A stretch of DNA of 24,000 nt from Bacillus thermotolerans (GCF_000812025.2 NZ_JWJE02000037.1:14594-38593), one strand, 5' to 3'; numbered from the stretch's first letter, positions 15,567 to 24,000 are shown. Made by a program: numbers and translations. The notes: generated by a model from the sequence alone, not told the origin.

Positions 15567-16853
15567 ATGAAGAAACGCGGAGGTTTGTTTCAATTAGCGG
15601 CACATGAGACAACGGTGAGAAAGGAAGTAACAGCCGGTCTGATCGGTTTTTTTACCATTTTGTATATTGTCGCTGTAAACTCATTAATTTTGTCAGAAGC
15701 TGGTGTTCCATTTGAAGGAGCAGTAGTAGCAACGATTCTCACGTCTTTCGCAGGCTGTTTAGTGGTGGCTTTATGGGCAAATGCCCCGCTGCTTCTTGTG
15801 CCTGGCATGGGCATTAATGCAATGTTCACCTATACATTCGTGCAAAGCATGGGGTTAACCTGGCAGGAGGCACTCGGTGCAGTAGTTGTATCGGGCATAC
15901 TGTTTATCATCGTTTCGGTGACAAGGGCGGCTGACCAGCTGAATGCAGCTATTCCTGCCTCATTGAAGGAAGCCATTTCCGTGGGGATTGGATTCTTCTT
16001 AATCCTGCTTGGACTGGAGAAAGGCGGACTCGTCGTACAGGGAGAGCATACGATTTTGGCGCTCGGCGATTTGGGCGATCCATCGGTCCTCATCACGATT
16101 TTGACATTGCTTGTGACGTTTATTGTCTTTCTGAAAGGGATTCCTGGCAGCTTTCTGTGGAGCATTGTGTTCGGCACGCTTGTCACGTGGGCGGCCGGTC
16201 TTCTGCCTGAAGCAGAGACATCTTCTTTTGACTTCTCATCGTATAGAGAGGTATTTTTCGCCTTTTCACTCGATGGCTGGTTGTCCGTGTCATTCTGGTC
16301 TGCCGTGTTTTCATTGACGATGGTGCTCATATTTGAGAATGTCGGGCTGATTCATAGCCAGACAACGATGGCTGGCCGGCCTGAAAAGTTTAAGCGTTCG
16401 CTTCAGGCGCAGGCAGCTTCCACATTAGCTTCGGGCATCTTCGGTACGAGTCCGACAGTGTCGACAGCAGAAAGCTCAGCAGCCATTGCCGCTGGCGGAC
16501 GAACTGGGCTGACATCACTCACAACAGGCGTATTATTTCTGCTTTCGATCTTTGCGATTCCTTACATGAAATGGATTCCGGATATGGCGATCGCACCGAT
16601 TCTTATCATGATCGGCAGCCTGATGGTGCAGAATATCCGCCAGCTTGATTTACATGATTGGACAGAAGCGTTGCCGGCTATTTTAATTATCGTGATCATC
16701 CCATTTACGTATAGCATAGCAGATGGCATTGCGTTCGGCTTTATTTTATATCCGTTAGTCAAGCTGTTTACCGGAAAGTGGGAGGAACTGTCGAAGCTTT
16801 TAGTGCTGCTTTCTTTCTTGTTTTTAATTAACTTTTTCCTACACTATATGTAA
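15567..16853 (+). CDS. NCS2-family nucleobase permease, AzgA subfamily (adenine/guanine/hypoxanthine type)
   Basis: Starts at ATG 15567 (MKKRGGLFQLAAHETTVRKEVTAGL...), 9 nt after AAAGAGG. It is collinear with B. subtilis PbuG/PbuO-type permeases (..FQL....T..R.E..AGL..F....YI..VN) and is polytopic. The 38 codons upstream in the ORF track overlap the promoter and lack an RBS. Confidence 0.8.
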   Translation: MKKRGGLFQLAAHETTVRKEVTAGLIGFFTILYIVAVNSLILSEAGVPFEGAVVATILTSFAGCLVVALWANAPLLLVPGMGINAMFTYTFVQSMGLTWQEALGAVVVSGILFIIVSVTRAADQLNAAIPASLKEAISVGIGFFLILLGLEKGGLVVQGEHTILALGDLGDPSVLITILTLLVTFIVFLKGIPGSFLWSIVFGTLVTWAAGLLPEAETSSFDFSSYREVFFAFSLDGWLSVSFWSAVFSLTMVLIFENVGLIHSQTTMAGRPEKFKRSLQAQAASTLASGIFGTSPTVSTAESSAAIAAGGRTGLTSLTTGVLFLLSIFAIPYMKWIPDMAIAPILIMIGSLMVQNIRQLDLHDWTEALPAILIIVIIPFTYSIADGIAFGFILYPLVKLFTGKWEELSKLLVLLSFLFLINFFLHYM

Positions 16854-16942
16854 AATTCAAAATAATTTCAAAAGAAATCGTAGACCAGCTTTTGATACTT
16901 CTGATATGCTAAAAGAAACGTATATAGATTGAGGGGATTAGT

Positions 16943-17935
16943 GTGGAAATTCAATTGATTAAATGCCATGGTTCAGGCAATGACTTCCTGTTAATAGATG
17001 AATGGACGAATGGCTACTCATTTACGGAGGAAGACCGCAGAAACTTATCTGTGACGCTCTGCGACAGAGAGTCCAGCCTAGGAGCAGATGGCATTTTATT
17101 CGTGCTTGAAAGCAAAAAAGCGGACGCAAAAATGCGTATTTTCAATTCAGACGGGTCAGAGGCTTCTATGTGCGGGAATGGTCTGCGCTGTCTTGGCCGC
17201 TACGTGTGCGAGCTGCTGAATAAGGATGAAATTGTCGTTGAGACAATGAAAGCCGACCTGAAGGTAACAAAGGACGAAGAATTGTACAGCGAGGTGCCAA
17301 CCTACCGGGTAGAAATTTCACCAGTACTGTTTGATTTGGAGAGCCTGCCGATGCATCTTGAAGGCAAGAATACGCTGCTTAATGAGAAGGTGCCAAAGCT
17401 GTCAGAAACAATTTCCTTCTCAGCTGTTGCGGCGCCGAATCCGCACTTAATTGCGATCGTTGGCAAAGAGCAGATAGCATCGGATGAGCAGAAGCAGATT
17501 GCGGAGTATTTGAACGGTCCGAATCCTGTCTGCCCGGATGGCGTGAATGTCAGCTTTGTGCATTCAATCGAGCCCGGCAAGATTTATGTTCGCACCTTTG
17601 AACGCGGCGTGGGCTTTACGAATGCATGCGGTACAGCGATGTCCGCTTCTACGCTAATTTCCTGTCTGCTTGGGTATAACAAGCTTGAAGAGGTCGTAGA
17701 GATCTACAACAATGGCGGGAAGGTACGCTGTGAAACACATAAAAAAGCAAACGGCGATTATTGGATTGACTTAATCGGCAATGCTACTTATTTATATGAT
17801 GCTTCAGTCGAGATATCGCTTGAACATCCAGCTTCCTTCCGTGTAGCAGAGAAGAAGGAAAGAGATGAGCAGGAGCAATATGATAAGCTCGGCCGTGAAG
17901 TAAAAGGCTTGCTTCAGACGACTGTATTTGCCTAA
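16943..17935 (+). CDS. dapF: Diaminopimelate epimerase family protein (long paralogue, 330 aa)
   Basis: GTG start 5 nt after GAGGGGA. It has the DapF signatures HGSGNDF, FNSDGSEASMCGNGLRC (first catalytic Cys), NPH, NVSFV and FERGVGFTNACGT (second catalytic Cys). It carries insertions and a ~45-aa charged C-terminal tail compared with ~285-aa DapF. Confidence 0.7.
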   Translation: MEIQLIKCHGSGNDFLLIDEWTNGYSFTEEDRRNLSVTLCDRESSLGADGILFVLESKKADAKMRIFNSDGSEASMCGNGLRCLGRYVCELLNKDEIVVETMKADLKVTKDEELYSEVPTYRVEISPVLFDLESLPMHLEGKNTLLNEKVPKLSETISFSAVAAPNPHLIAIVGKEQIASDEQKQIAEYLNGPNPVCPDGVNVSFVHSIEPGKIYVRTFERGVGFTNACGTAMSASTLISCLLGYNKLEEVVEIYNNGGKVRCETHKKANGDYWIDLIGNATYLYDASVEISLEHPASFRVAEKKERDEQEQYDKLGREVKGLLQTTVFA

Positions 17936-17948
17936 AGCAATGAACCAT

Positions 17949-17987
17949 AATCCTAAGAAGAAAGGCTTTCTTCTTAGGATTTTTTTG
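17949..17987 (+). terminator. Rho-independent terminator
   Basis: Near-perfect long inverted repeat AATCCTAAGAAGAAAG / CTTTCTTCTTAGGATT followed by TTTTTT. Confidence 0.9.
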
Positions 17988-18037
17988 CTTCCTGGCAAGC
18001 AGAGGTGATGAATTGAATAGAAAATGGGGGGAAACAA

Positions 18038-19378
18038 ATGACACTTAATAAGCAGGATTTAGAGCAGATGGTTCAAAAGTGGCCGCTGTTAGCAGACATG
18101 AAGGCTGGTCATGAGGTAACCTGGCTGAATGACCAGAAATCAAAGCAAGAGTCCAGTCATTGGCCGATTACACTGAAGGATATGAAAGAGGCAGATGAAC
18201 GGCTTAAAAGGTTTGCGCCGTTCCTTGCGCATGTGTTTCCGGAGACAAAGGCAGCCGGCGGCATCATCGAATCCCCGCTAATAGACATCAGCGGGATGAA
18301 AGCATTTCTTGAGCAGCTGCACGGCCAAACGATCGATGGCCGCTTGCTGTTGAAGGCGGATCACCTGCTGCCGGTAGCAGGCTCTGTGAAGGCGAGAGGA
18401 GGAATGTATGAGGTACTGAAACTTGCCGAAAGCCTAGCGATAGAACATGGTTTTCTATCGCTGACAGATGATTATCGCAAGCTGGATTCACCATCTATGA
18501 GGGAGTTCTTTTCTCGTTATTCTCTCTCAGTCGGGTCAACGGGGAATTTAGGGCTCAGCATTGGCATGACAGGAGCGGCTCTTGGTTTTCAGACAACGGT
18601 TCACATGTCTGCAGATGCAAAGGAATGGAAGAAGAATCGGCTAAGAGCACGAGGCGTGAATGTAGTGGAGTATGCCGACGATTACAGCCGTGCAGTTAAA
18701 GAGGGAAGAAAGTTAAGCGAGCAGACAGCTGACAGCTTCTTTGTCGATGACGAGCAATCAAAAGAACTATTTACAGGCTATTCTACATCTGCTCTTCGTC
18801 TGGAGCAGCAATTTAAGGAGCAGGGAATTCAAATTGATGAACAGCACCCGCTCATTGTCTACATACCGTGCGGGGTCGGCGGAGCGCCGGGAGGCATCTT
18901 TGCTGGGTTAAAGAGAGTGTTCGGAGATCATGTATATGGTTTCTTTGCTGAACCAATAGAGGCTCCGTGCATGCTTATCGGTTTAATGACAGGGCTCCAT
19001 GATGAAGTCTCCGTGCAGGATATCGGACTGGGCGGGAGAACAGAAGCAGATGGGCTCGCTGTCGGTCGTCCGTCCAGCTTCGTTGGCAAGGCTGTTGAAC
19101 CCCATTTAGATGGTATCTTTACCGTCACGGACGAAAAGCTGTTTGCTTATTTATATACATTGTTTACTTTCGAAGGAGAAAAGCTGGAGCCGTCTGCGCT
19201 TGCAGGGATGGAAGGACCGATTAGGGCTGTAAAGAGCGGCTGGATGGCATCTGCCTTAACAGAGCAGCAAAGAGCAGGAGCAGTTCATCTCGTTTGGTCT
19301 ACAGGAGGCAGCCTCGTGCCGCAAGCAGAAATGAACGCTATGCTCGAACGGGGAGAGAAGCTGAGCGGAACGATATAG
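18038..19378 (+). CDS. dsdA: D-serine ammonia-lyase (D-serine dehydratase), PLP-dependent
   Basis: 446 aa. It has the DsdA-type N-terminus (W.N....) and the PLP-lysine motif AGSVKARGG, with the fold-type II layout and a glycine-rich loop (GSTGNLGLSIG). Confidence 0.85.
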   Translation: MTLNKQDLEQMVQKWPLLADMKAGHEVTWLNDQKSKQESSHWPITLKDMKEADERLKRFAPFLAHVFPETKAAGGIIESPLIDISGMKAFLEQLHGQTIDGRLLLKADHLLPVAGSVKARGGMYEVLKLAESLAIEHGFLSLTDDYRKLDSPSMREFFSRYSLSVGSTGNLGLSIGMTGAALGFQTTVHMSADAKEWKKNRLRARGVNVVEYADDYSRAVKEGRKLSEQTADSFFVDDEQSKELFTGYSTSALRLEQQFKEQGIQIDEQHPLIVYIPCGVGGAPGGIFAGLKRVFGDHVYGFFAEPIEAPCMLIGLMTGLHDEVSVQDIGLGGRTEADGLAVGRPSSFVGKAVEPHLDGIFTVTDEKLFAYLYTLFTFEGEKLEPSALAGMEGPIRAVKSGWMASALTEQQRAGAVHLVWSTGGSLVPQAEMNAMLERGEKLSGTI

Positions 19379-19463
19379 ATATAGAGGAAAGAAGGCGGCC
19401 GCTGTTTAGCCTGAAGCTAGATAGGTAAAAGGATAGAGAGACTGACGAAATAGTGGTGATGAC

Positions 19464-20516
19464 ATGGAGGAGTTACAGGCGTTGTTTGCTTCTGAGCGCA
19501 CTATGCTTCGGTTTGTGCAATTCTTTGCTCTATCGGGCCTGATCTTATTTGGGAAATGGCTTATTATGAAAATCGTAAAAGGACGGAAGGTTGCATCAGA
19601 GCTGTGGAACAAGGAGCTTGTTCCTTTGCTGAATACGACGTTAAATTGGCTGACCTTTTATGGTGTTCTTATCCTCTTTCTGCATCTCTTTTCAGAGGAA
19701 AACTGGCTGTTTTATCCGCTGTATACATCCGGCGAAGTACAGGTTACAGTTTTTCTCATCCTGGTCGCGGTCCTGATTGTTTCCCTGGCTCATCGGCTTG
19801 TGAAAATCTTTAATCGGTTTGTAATGAGCCGGCTATATGAGTTTTATGGACTGGATACAGGCATGAGCTATACATTAAATCAGATCATTTATTATATGGT
19901 GATGCTCATTGCGCTAGCTGTCAGCTTTACAACAGTCGGTTTGAACTTATCGGCTGCTGTGGCTGTGTTAAGTGTGCTCGGCATTGGGATTGGTTTTGGG
20001 ATGAGGAATGTGGCCGGTAACTTCGTATCGGGCATAATTATTCTATTTGAGCGTCCCATTGAAGTAGGGGAAATCGTCGAAATTAAAGGACAGGTTGGGC
20101 GGGTGGAAGAGATTCGCCTGCGGTCTACCGTTGTAAGAACGGCAACAGAAGGAACGCTGATCGTTCCGAACCAGCACTTTATCGAGCAGATTGTACCGAA
20201 CCGGTCGGGAGCAGAGATTATGGCGAAGGTGAAGGTCGAAGTAGATTTTGGACAGGATACAGAAAGAATCGAACAGCTTCTGCACGAGGCCGCTGATCGG
20301 GTGATAGGCGAAAGGGAAGTGCGCTTGATGGGACCCAAAAATGTCCGTTTTATTGACTTTCGCAATAAAGCAATGGTATTTATAGTAGAGATGCCTGTTC
20401 AGAGTATCGAAATTCAGCAGAAGATTGAAAGCAGAATGCGTCATGCCATTGCGGCGTTGTTTCAAGAGAACGAAATCGAGCTCGCTTCACAGCCGATTGA
20501 AATCGAGAAAACTTAG
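19464..20516 (+). CDS. Mechanosensitive ion channel family protein (MscS-like)
   Basis: Multiple N-terminal TM helices, then the conserved MscS pore/beta-domain motif NVAGNFVSGIIILFERPIEVGEIVEI.GQVGRVEEIRLRSTVVRT..G.LIVPN. The start codon is uncertain. Confidence 0.8.
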   Translation: MEELQALFASERTMLRFVQFFALSGLILFGKWLIMKIVKGRKVASELWNKELVPLLNTTLNWLTFYGVLILFLHLFSEENWLFYPLYTSGEVQVTVFLILVAVLIVSLAHRLVKIFNRFVMSRLYEFYGLDTGMSYTLNQIIYYMVMLIALAVSFTTVGLNLSAAVAVLSVLGIGIGFGMRNVAGNFVSGIIILFERPIEVGEIVEIKGQVGRVEEIRLRSTVVRTATEGTLIVPNQHFIEQIVPNRSGAEIMAKVKVEVDFGQDTERIEQLLHEAADRVIGEREVRLMGPKNVRFIDFRNKAMVFIVEMPVQSIEIQQKIESRMRHAIAALFQENEIELASQPIEIEKT

Positions 20517-20536
20517 TGGCCGGGAAGGTGCTGTTC

Positions 20537-21328
20537 ATGTGTTTAATTAATTTTCAGTTTCAAAGAGATGCAGAGTACCCATTTGTCCTCGCAGCAAACA
20601 GAGACGAGTTTTTCACTCGTCCAACGAGACAAGCCCACTTTTGGAAAGACGAACCGGGCGTTCTGGCGGGACGAGATTTAGAAAAACTGGGCACCTGGCT
20701 CGGCATAACGAAAAGCGGACGGTTTGCTGCATTAACGAACTTTCGTGATCCGGCCGAAAAGGCGGATGGAAAGAAGTCGAGAGGGGAACTAGTCCGTTCA
20801 TTTTTATCAGGCACCGCCAGCCCGGAATGGTTTATGAAGGAATTACAGAAGGAAAGAACCAGCTATCCTGGCTTTAACTTGCTTGCAGGAACATTAGATG
20901 AATTGTGGTGCTACAACAATAGAACGGATGATCTTCGAAAGGTTTCTCCGGGCACCCACAGCTTAAGCAATGCCTGCTTAAATTCTCCGTGGCCTAAATC
21001 GGAAAAGGGAAAGGCTTCTCTCGATAATTGTCTGCAGCATGATCGAGAGAACTTGTCAGCCTGTTTATTTTCCTTCCTGCAGGACCGTCAGCAGGCTAAG
21101 GATAAGGACTTGCCGGCTACTGGTGTGCCGCTTGAGAAAGAGCGTGTGCTTTCTTCTATTTTTATTGAGGATCACGAAAATGATTACGGCACCCGGTGTT
21201 CGACGGTGCTGCTTATAGACCGTCAGCAGAACGTGTACTTTGCTGAAAGAACTTACTTGCACGGTCAGTTGGCTGGAGAAGAAGTATTTCAATTTGCTAT
21301 CGAACGAGAAAAAGACACAGCTGAATAA
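20537..21328 (+). CDS. NRDE family protein (DUF833 / TANGO2-like)
   Basis: The ATG at 20537 gives the N-terminus MCLINF, and the literal motif AANRDEF follows. RBS GGGAAGGTG lies 6 nt upstream. The ORF-track GTG at 20516 is probably too early. Confidence 0.75.
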   Translation: MCLINFQFQRDAEYPFVLAANRDEFFTRPTRQAHFWKDEPGVLAGRDLEKLGTWLGITKSGRFAALTNFRDPAEKADGKKSRGELVRSFLSGTASPEWFMKELQKERTSYPGFNLLAGTLDELWCYNNRTDDLRKVSPGTHSLSNACLNSPWPKSEKGKASLDNCLQHDRENLSACLFSFLQDRQQAKDKDLPATGVPLEKERVLSSIFIEDHENDYGTRCSTVLLIDRQQNVYFAERTYLHGQLAGEEVFQFAIEREKDTAE

Positions 21329-21345
21329 TTCAGCCGTGTCTTTTT
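21309..21345. terminator. Bidirectional terminator between the convergent NRDE gene and bioY
   Basis: AAAAAGACACAGCTGAA-TAA-TTCAGCCGTGTCTTTTT (17-bp arms, one mismatch), flanked by A and T tracts on either side. Confidence 0.8.
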
Positions 21346-21347
21346 CT

Positions 21348-21920
21348 TTAAGCCGTACGTTTAGATGAAGAATACGGCAGCAGACGGGCAGAGGCCAGGC
21401 GCTTGCGTATTTCGATGCCGAGCCACGCGGACAGCAGTGCCTTGATGACTCCGCCAATGAGAAATGGAAGAAAACCAGCCGCAAAAGCTTCCGGCCAGGA
21501 AAGTGAAGCGGCAACCTTCAGCCAGGCTGTACCCATAAAGAGGTTAATAAACATGCCGATGACGTTGGCGATAAAGGCGTGTGTGACCGTAGCCTTCGTA
21601 GCCTCAATATACCAGCCGATCACAAAGGCAGAAATAATAAAGCTGACAATAAACCCTCCTGTCGGGCCTACAATAATGCCCATTCCACCGCTCATTCCCG
21701 AGAAAACAGGAACCCCCACCGCACCTAGCAGCATGTACAGCAGGGCGGACAGAGCGCCATATTTCGAGCCGAGAATCGTTGCAGCAAGTCCGACGGCGAG
21801 TGTCTGCCCGGTAATCGGCACAAGCGGCAGCGGAATAGTCACTTGCGCAAGTATACCGATGATAGCAGCGAAAATAGCAGAGGTCAGCATCATCCTAAGT
21901 TTTTCACGTTGAGCATTCAT
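21348..21920 (-). CDS. bioY: Biotin transporter BioY (ECF-type S component)
   Basis: 190 aa, polytopic. AQVTIPLPLVPITGQTLAVGLAATILG...GPTGGFIVSF matches the BioY family pattern. RBS GGAGGAAAAG on the minus strand. Confidence 0.85.
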   Translation of the reverse strand: MNAQREKLRMMLTSAIFAAIIGILAQVTIPLPLVPITGQTLAVGLAATILGSKYGALSALLYMLLGAVGVPVFSGMSGGMGIIVGPTGGFIVSFIISAFVIGWYIEATKATVTHAFIANVIGMFINLFMGTAWLKVAASLSWPEAFAAGFLPFLIGGVIKALLSAWLGIEIRKRLASARLLPYSSSKRTA

Positions 21921-21949
21921 ATCTTTTCCTCCAAAGTTAGGTAAATAAT

Positions 21950-21990
21950 TTGTTAACCAAATTCTAAACTAAGATAACTAATAACGTCAA
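21950..21990 (-). promoter_or_regulatory. bioY promoter overlapped by a BirA-operator-like imperfect inverted repeat
   Basis: The minus strand reads TTGACG-18 nt-TAGAAT. TAGTTATC (21973-21980 on plus) and GTTAACAA (21950-21957 on plus) are separated by 15 nt and resemble the TTGTTAAC half-sites of biotin operators. Confidence 0.4.
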
Positions 21991-22046
21991 CAATAATTTA
22001 TTTCATATTGTGCAAAATTCAAATTAATAAACCATAACATTAGCAA

Positions 22047-22075
22047 TTGGAGGAGTCTGAAAAAAAGATTATAAT
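22047..22075 (+). promoter_or_regulatory. Probable sigma-A promoter for the GHMP-kinase gene
   Basis: -35 TTGGAG (22047-22052), 17-nt spacer, consensus -10 TATAAT (22070-22075). Confidence 0.5.
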
Positions 22076-22121
22076 AGATCGAAAGAATAAAAAAAGCCGT
22101 TATTGGCTGAGGTGAGTGCGT

Positions 22122-22982
22122 ATGAGAAAAGGAAAGGGAAAAGCTTATGGAACATTTGGAGAATTGGCGCAAGGCGAGGTTGCCGGTCAGCCATTTTTAT
22201 TTACTTTACCAGTTCCTTGGGGAAGCCGGGTTGTATTTGTCCCTCGCTCTTCAACGGACCTTCGGACAAACCGGCCGCATAAAAAGAAAATGCTGAGAGC
22301 CGCAGAGCGGACGATGCAGCATCTTGGAAAAAGGACGGGGGGCTTTCTGTCAGTTCATTCCCGGTTGCCGGAAAGCAAAGGCATGGCGAGCAGTTCTGCC
22401 GATATTACGGCTGCTGTCAGGGCTGTCGCTTCAAGTCTCGAAACGAATTTGACTGATGGAGAGATTGCGGCGATTGCTGCTGAAGTCGAGCCGACAGATG
22501 GGGTCATGTACAGAGGCATCAGCGCTGTTAACCAGCAAACGGGCCAGTTAATCCGTTCTTATCCGGTGCCTCCAGATCTTCTTTTAATCGGCTATGATAG
22601 CGGCGGGAAGGTCAATACAGAGAAGTACGGCCTGAGTAAACGGGAATATTCCTTGCAGGAAAGAAGAGAAATGCAGGAAATTTTTACAGATATGGATGCA
22701 GCTCTTACATCTAATGACCATAATACTATTATGTCAACTTCAACGAGGAGTGCAATGTTAAATGAGCGATTCTTGCCGAAACCGTTTTTTTCCTTATTTC
22801 ATGAGCTGGCAGAAAAACATCACGGCGGGGTCGTCGTCGGTCACAGCGGTACCGTGATCGGGATTCTCCTTTGCCAAAAGGAAGCTGCCTGGAAGGAGAA
22901 GGCACGATTGATTGAGCAGGCAGTGCATGAAAGGACGGGATGGAAACCAATCATTAAAGCGTCTATCCCTGAAGCTAACTAA
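22122..22982 (+). CDS. GHMP-family kinase, PduX-like (L-threonine kinase-like, COG4542 type)
   Basis: ATG 22122 lies 6 nt after GAGGTGAG. The N-terminal GKAYGTFGELAQG resembles the PduX GxxGELxQG motif. The GHMP ATP-binding motif 2 is KGMASSSADITAAVRAV. Confidence 0.6.
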   Translation: MRKGKGKAYGTFGELAQGEVAGQPFLFTLPVPWGSRVVFVPRSSTDLRTNRPHKKKMLRAAERTMQHLGKRTGGFLSVHSRLPESKGMASSSADITAAVRAVASSLETNLTDGEIAAIAAEVEPTDGVMYRGISAVNQQTGQLIRSYPVPPDLLLIGYDSGGKVNTEKYGLSKREYSLQERREMQEIFTDMDAALTSNDHNTIMSTSTRSAMLNERFLPKPFFSLFHELAEKHHGGVVVGHSGTVIGILLCQKEAAWKEKARLIEQAVHERTGWKPIIKASIPEAN

Positions 22983-23085
22983 CAAAAAAGCCGAAGCCGT
23001 AAATGAACTCCATCAACTAACAGGGCAAGCTAGCTCAGTAAGAATGAACCAATGCCTAGAGGAGATTGAATAGGCGATTGAATCT

Positions 23086-23430
23086 ATGCCATGCGTATGC
23101 GAACGAGGAGAAGCTCATAAATTAAAAGTCGAGGGGAATGTGGGAGCAGACCCTATATGGTGCAGTCAATGCGGACATAACTTGGATTTAGCAAATATTC
23201 CACTTTCGAAGAAGTTAAGAACTGAGTTACTGAGGTGGGGAAGTGGATATGGCAAGTGGATTGACTGGGATAAAGATGAGTTAGCCCGAGGCGGTATCGA
23301 AATGGAAGATGAACATAATAACCAGGGAGCTAAATTAACGGAAAAAGCAAAGAGAGAACTTAGTGGGCAATATCGGGTGAAGTTTTCACCATCTACAATT
23401 GCGCGAAGCTATGCTAATAATAAACGATAA
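23086..23430 (+). CDS. Hypothetical protein with a putative zinc-ribbon (CxC...CxxC), 114 aa
   Basis: The ORF has MPCVCE...WCSQCGH cysteine pairs. There is no good RBS, so the start is uncertain. Confidence 0.4.
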   Translation: MPCVCERGEAHKLKVEGNVGADPIWCSQCGHNLDLANIPLSKKLRTELLRWGSGYGKWIDWDKDELARGGIEMEDEHNNQGAKLTEKAKRELSGQYRVKFSPSTIARSYANNKR

Positions 23431-23476
23431 CACTGAGCAAGTTGACGATTGTCCTAATGGAAGAAGAATGACAACA

Positions 23477-23512
23477 GCCCGCACGCAAGAGGTCTAACTG
23501 TTGTGTGCGGGC
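23477..23512. terminator. Possible shared hairpin terminator between convergent genes
   Basis: GCCCGCACGCAA / TTGTGTGCGGGC forms a 12-bp stem (one G-U) with a 12-nt loop. T-tracts are weak on both strands. Confidence 0.35.
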
Positions 23513-23535
23513 CTATCATTCGTTTGAGTTCGTTT

Positions 23536-24000
23536 TTATTTATTCAGTACTTTAAGCTGGGACTGAATAATACCTATATGCATACCTTCATGGAAAAGCG
23601 AGAAGTTAATTAGATCATCAATTGTTTTTAAAGCAAGCGGTCCGATCGCAAGCTCCTGAGCAGGCTGGTCAGAAAGACGCTCTTCGAAATACTGCTTCAC
23701 CCGCTCTGTCTGGCCAGAAAGCAACTCGATCATTTCCTGCTTGGAAGGACCGTTATCCGTCCATTCTGAAGGTCTTGTACCTGTGCTGAAAAGTGAAGCA
23801 TACTCTTCTGCTTTCACCGCTTCATAACCAGGGGCAGCCACCTGAAGTAAGGACTCTAAAGATATGTAAATGTGGCCTGCATTCCATTTAATGGTGTTGC
23901 CGAATCCTTCGGGTTGTGTATTCCATTTTTCTTCCTCAATCGCTTCAAGCGTGCCGACAGTTGCTGACCGGGCAAATTCTAAACGCTCCCAAATTGCCAT
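23536..24000 (-). CDS. DinB-family (DinB_2 / YfiT-like four-helix-bundle) protein
   Basis: 154 aa, and the start codon is exactly at the window edge (CAT at 23998-24000). It has DinB-style histidines (WNAGHIY..., FHEGMHIGII). Confidence 0.65.
   Translation of the reverse strand: MAIWERLEFARSATVGTLEAIEEEKWNTQPEGFGNTIKWNAGHIYISLESLLQVAAPGYEAVKAEEYASLFSTGTRPSEWTDNGPSKQEMIELLSGQTERVKQYFEERLSDQPAQELAIGPLALKTIDDLINFSLFHEGMHIGIIQSQLKVLNK

Noticed and set aside
21403-21912. 169-aa plus-strand ORF covering the bioY locus
   Set aside because: The minus-strand frame encodes a clearly recognisable BioY with an RBS. The plus-strand product is Pro/Ala/Ser-rich with no family resemblance, as is typical of antisense frames of membrane-protein genes.
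1-24000. CRISPR arrays, tRNA/rRNA genes, integrase/transposase genes and IS inverted repeats
   Set aside because: Reading both strands turned up no regularly spaced direct repeats, no cloverleaf-like or rRNA-like sequence, and no recombinase-like ORF. The integrase of this prophage is expected at the other end, outside the window.

Overview
The window holds the right arm of a temperate siphovirus-type prophage from a Bacillaceae-like genome (about 1-11.5 kb), followed by ordinary core chromosome. All family calls come from motif recognition by eye; no searches were run.

Prophage genes, all on the + strand:
- tape-measure protein C-terminus (open at the window edge)
- distal tail protein (Dit)
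- a 961-aa BppU-type receptor-binding protein
- two small overlapping ORFs
- a 1076-aa Tal-type tail-tip/fibre protein
- a 57-aa ORF
- a 122-aa internally duplicated protein
- a PBSX-style lysis cassette: XhlA-like protein, XhlB-like holin, Amidase_3 endolysin

After the endolysin terminator sits an AT-rich unit with its own apparent promoter and terminator. It encodes a protein with one N-terminal transmembrane helix and a cytoplasmic GAF-like domain, plus an overlapping 56-aa basic ORF. A separate 73-aa acidic ORF follows. This lysis-to-att 'moron' slot is my best candidate for an undescribed prophage-borne system (defence, exclusion or anti-defence). Its function cannot be read from the sequence.

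A short GGGGACGA-repeat region (11493-11523) probably marks the prophage/chromosome junction. It lies directly upstream of the rib promoter.

Core chromosome, in order:
- FMN riboswitch, then ribD-ribE-ribBA-ribH
- AzgA/NCS2 purine permease
- a long DapF-family epimerase
- dsdA
- MscS-type channel
- NRDE protein
- bioY (- strand) with a BirA-operator-like repeat
- an orphan PduX-like GHMP kinase
- a Cys-rich small protein
- a DinB-family protein (- strand)

No rRNA, tRNA, CRISPR array, transposase or integrase was seen in this window.
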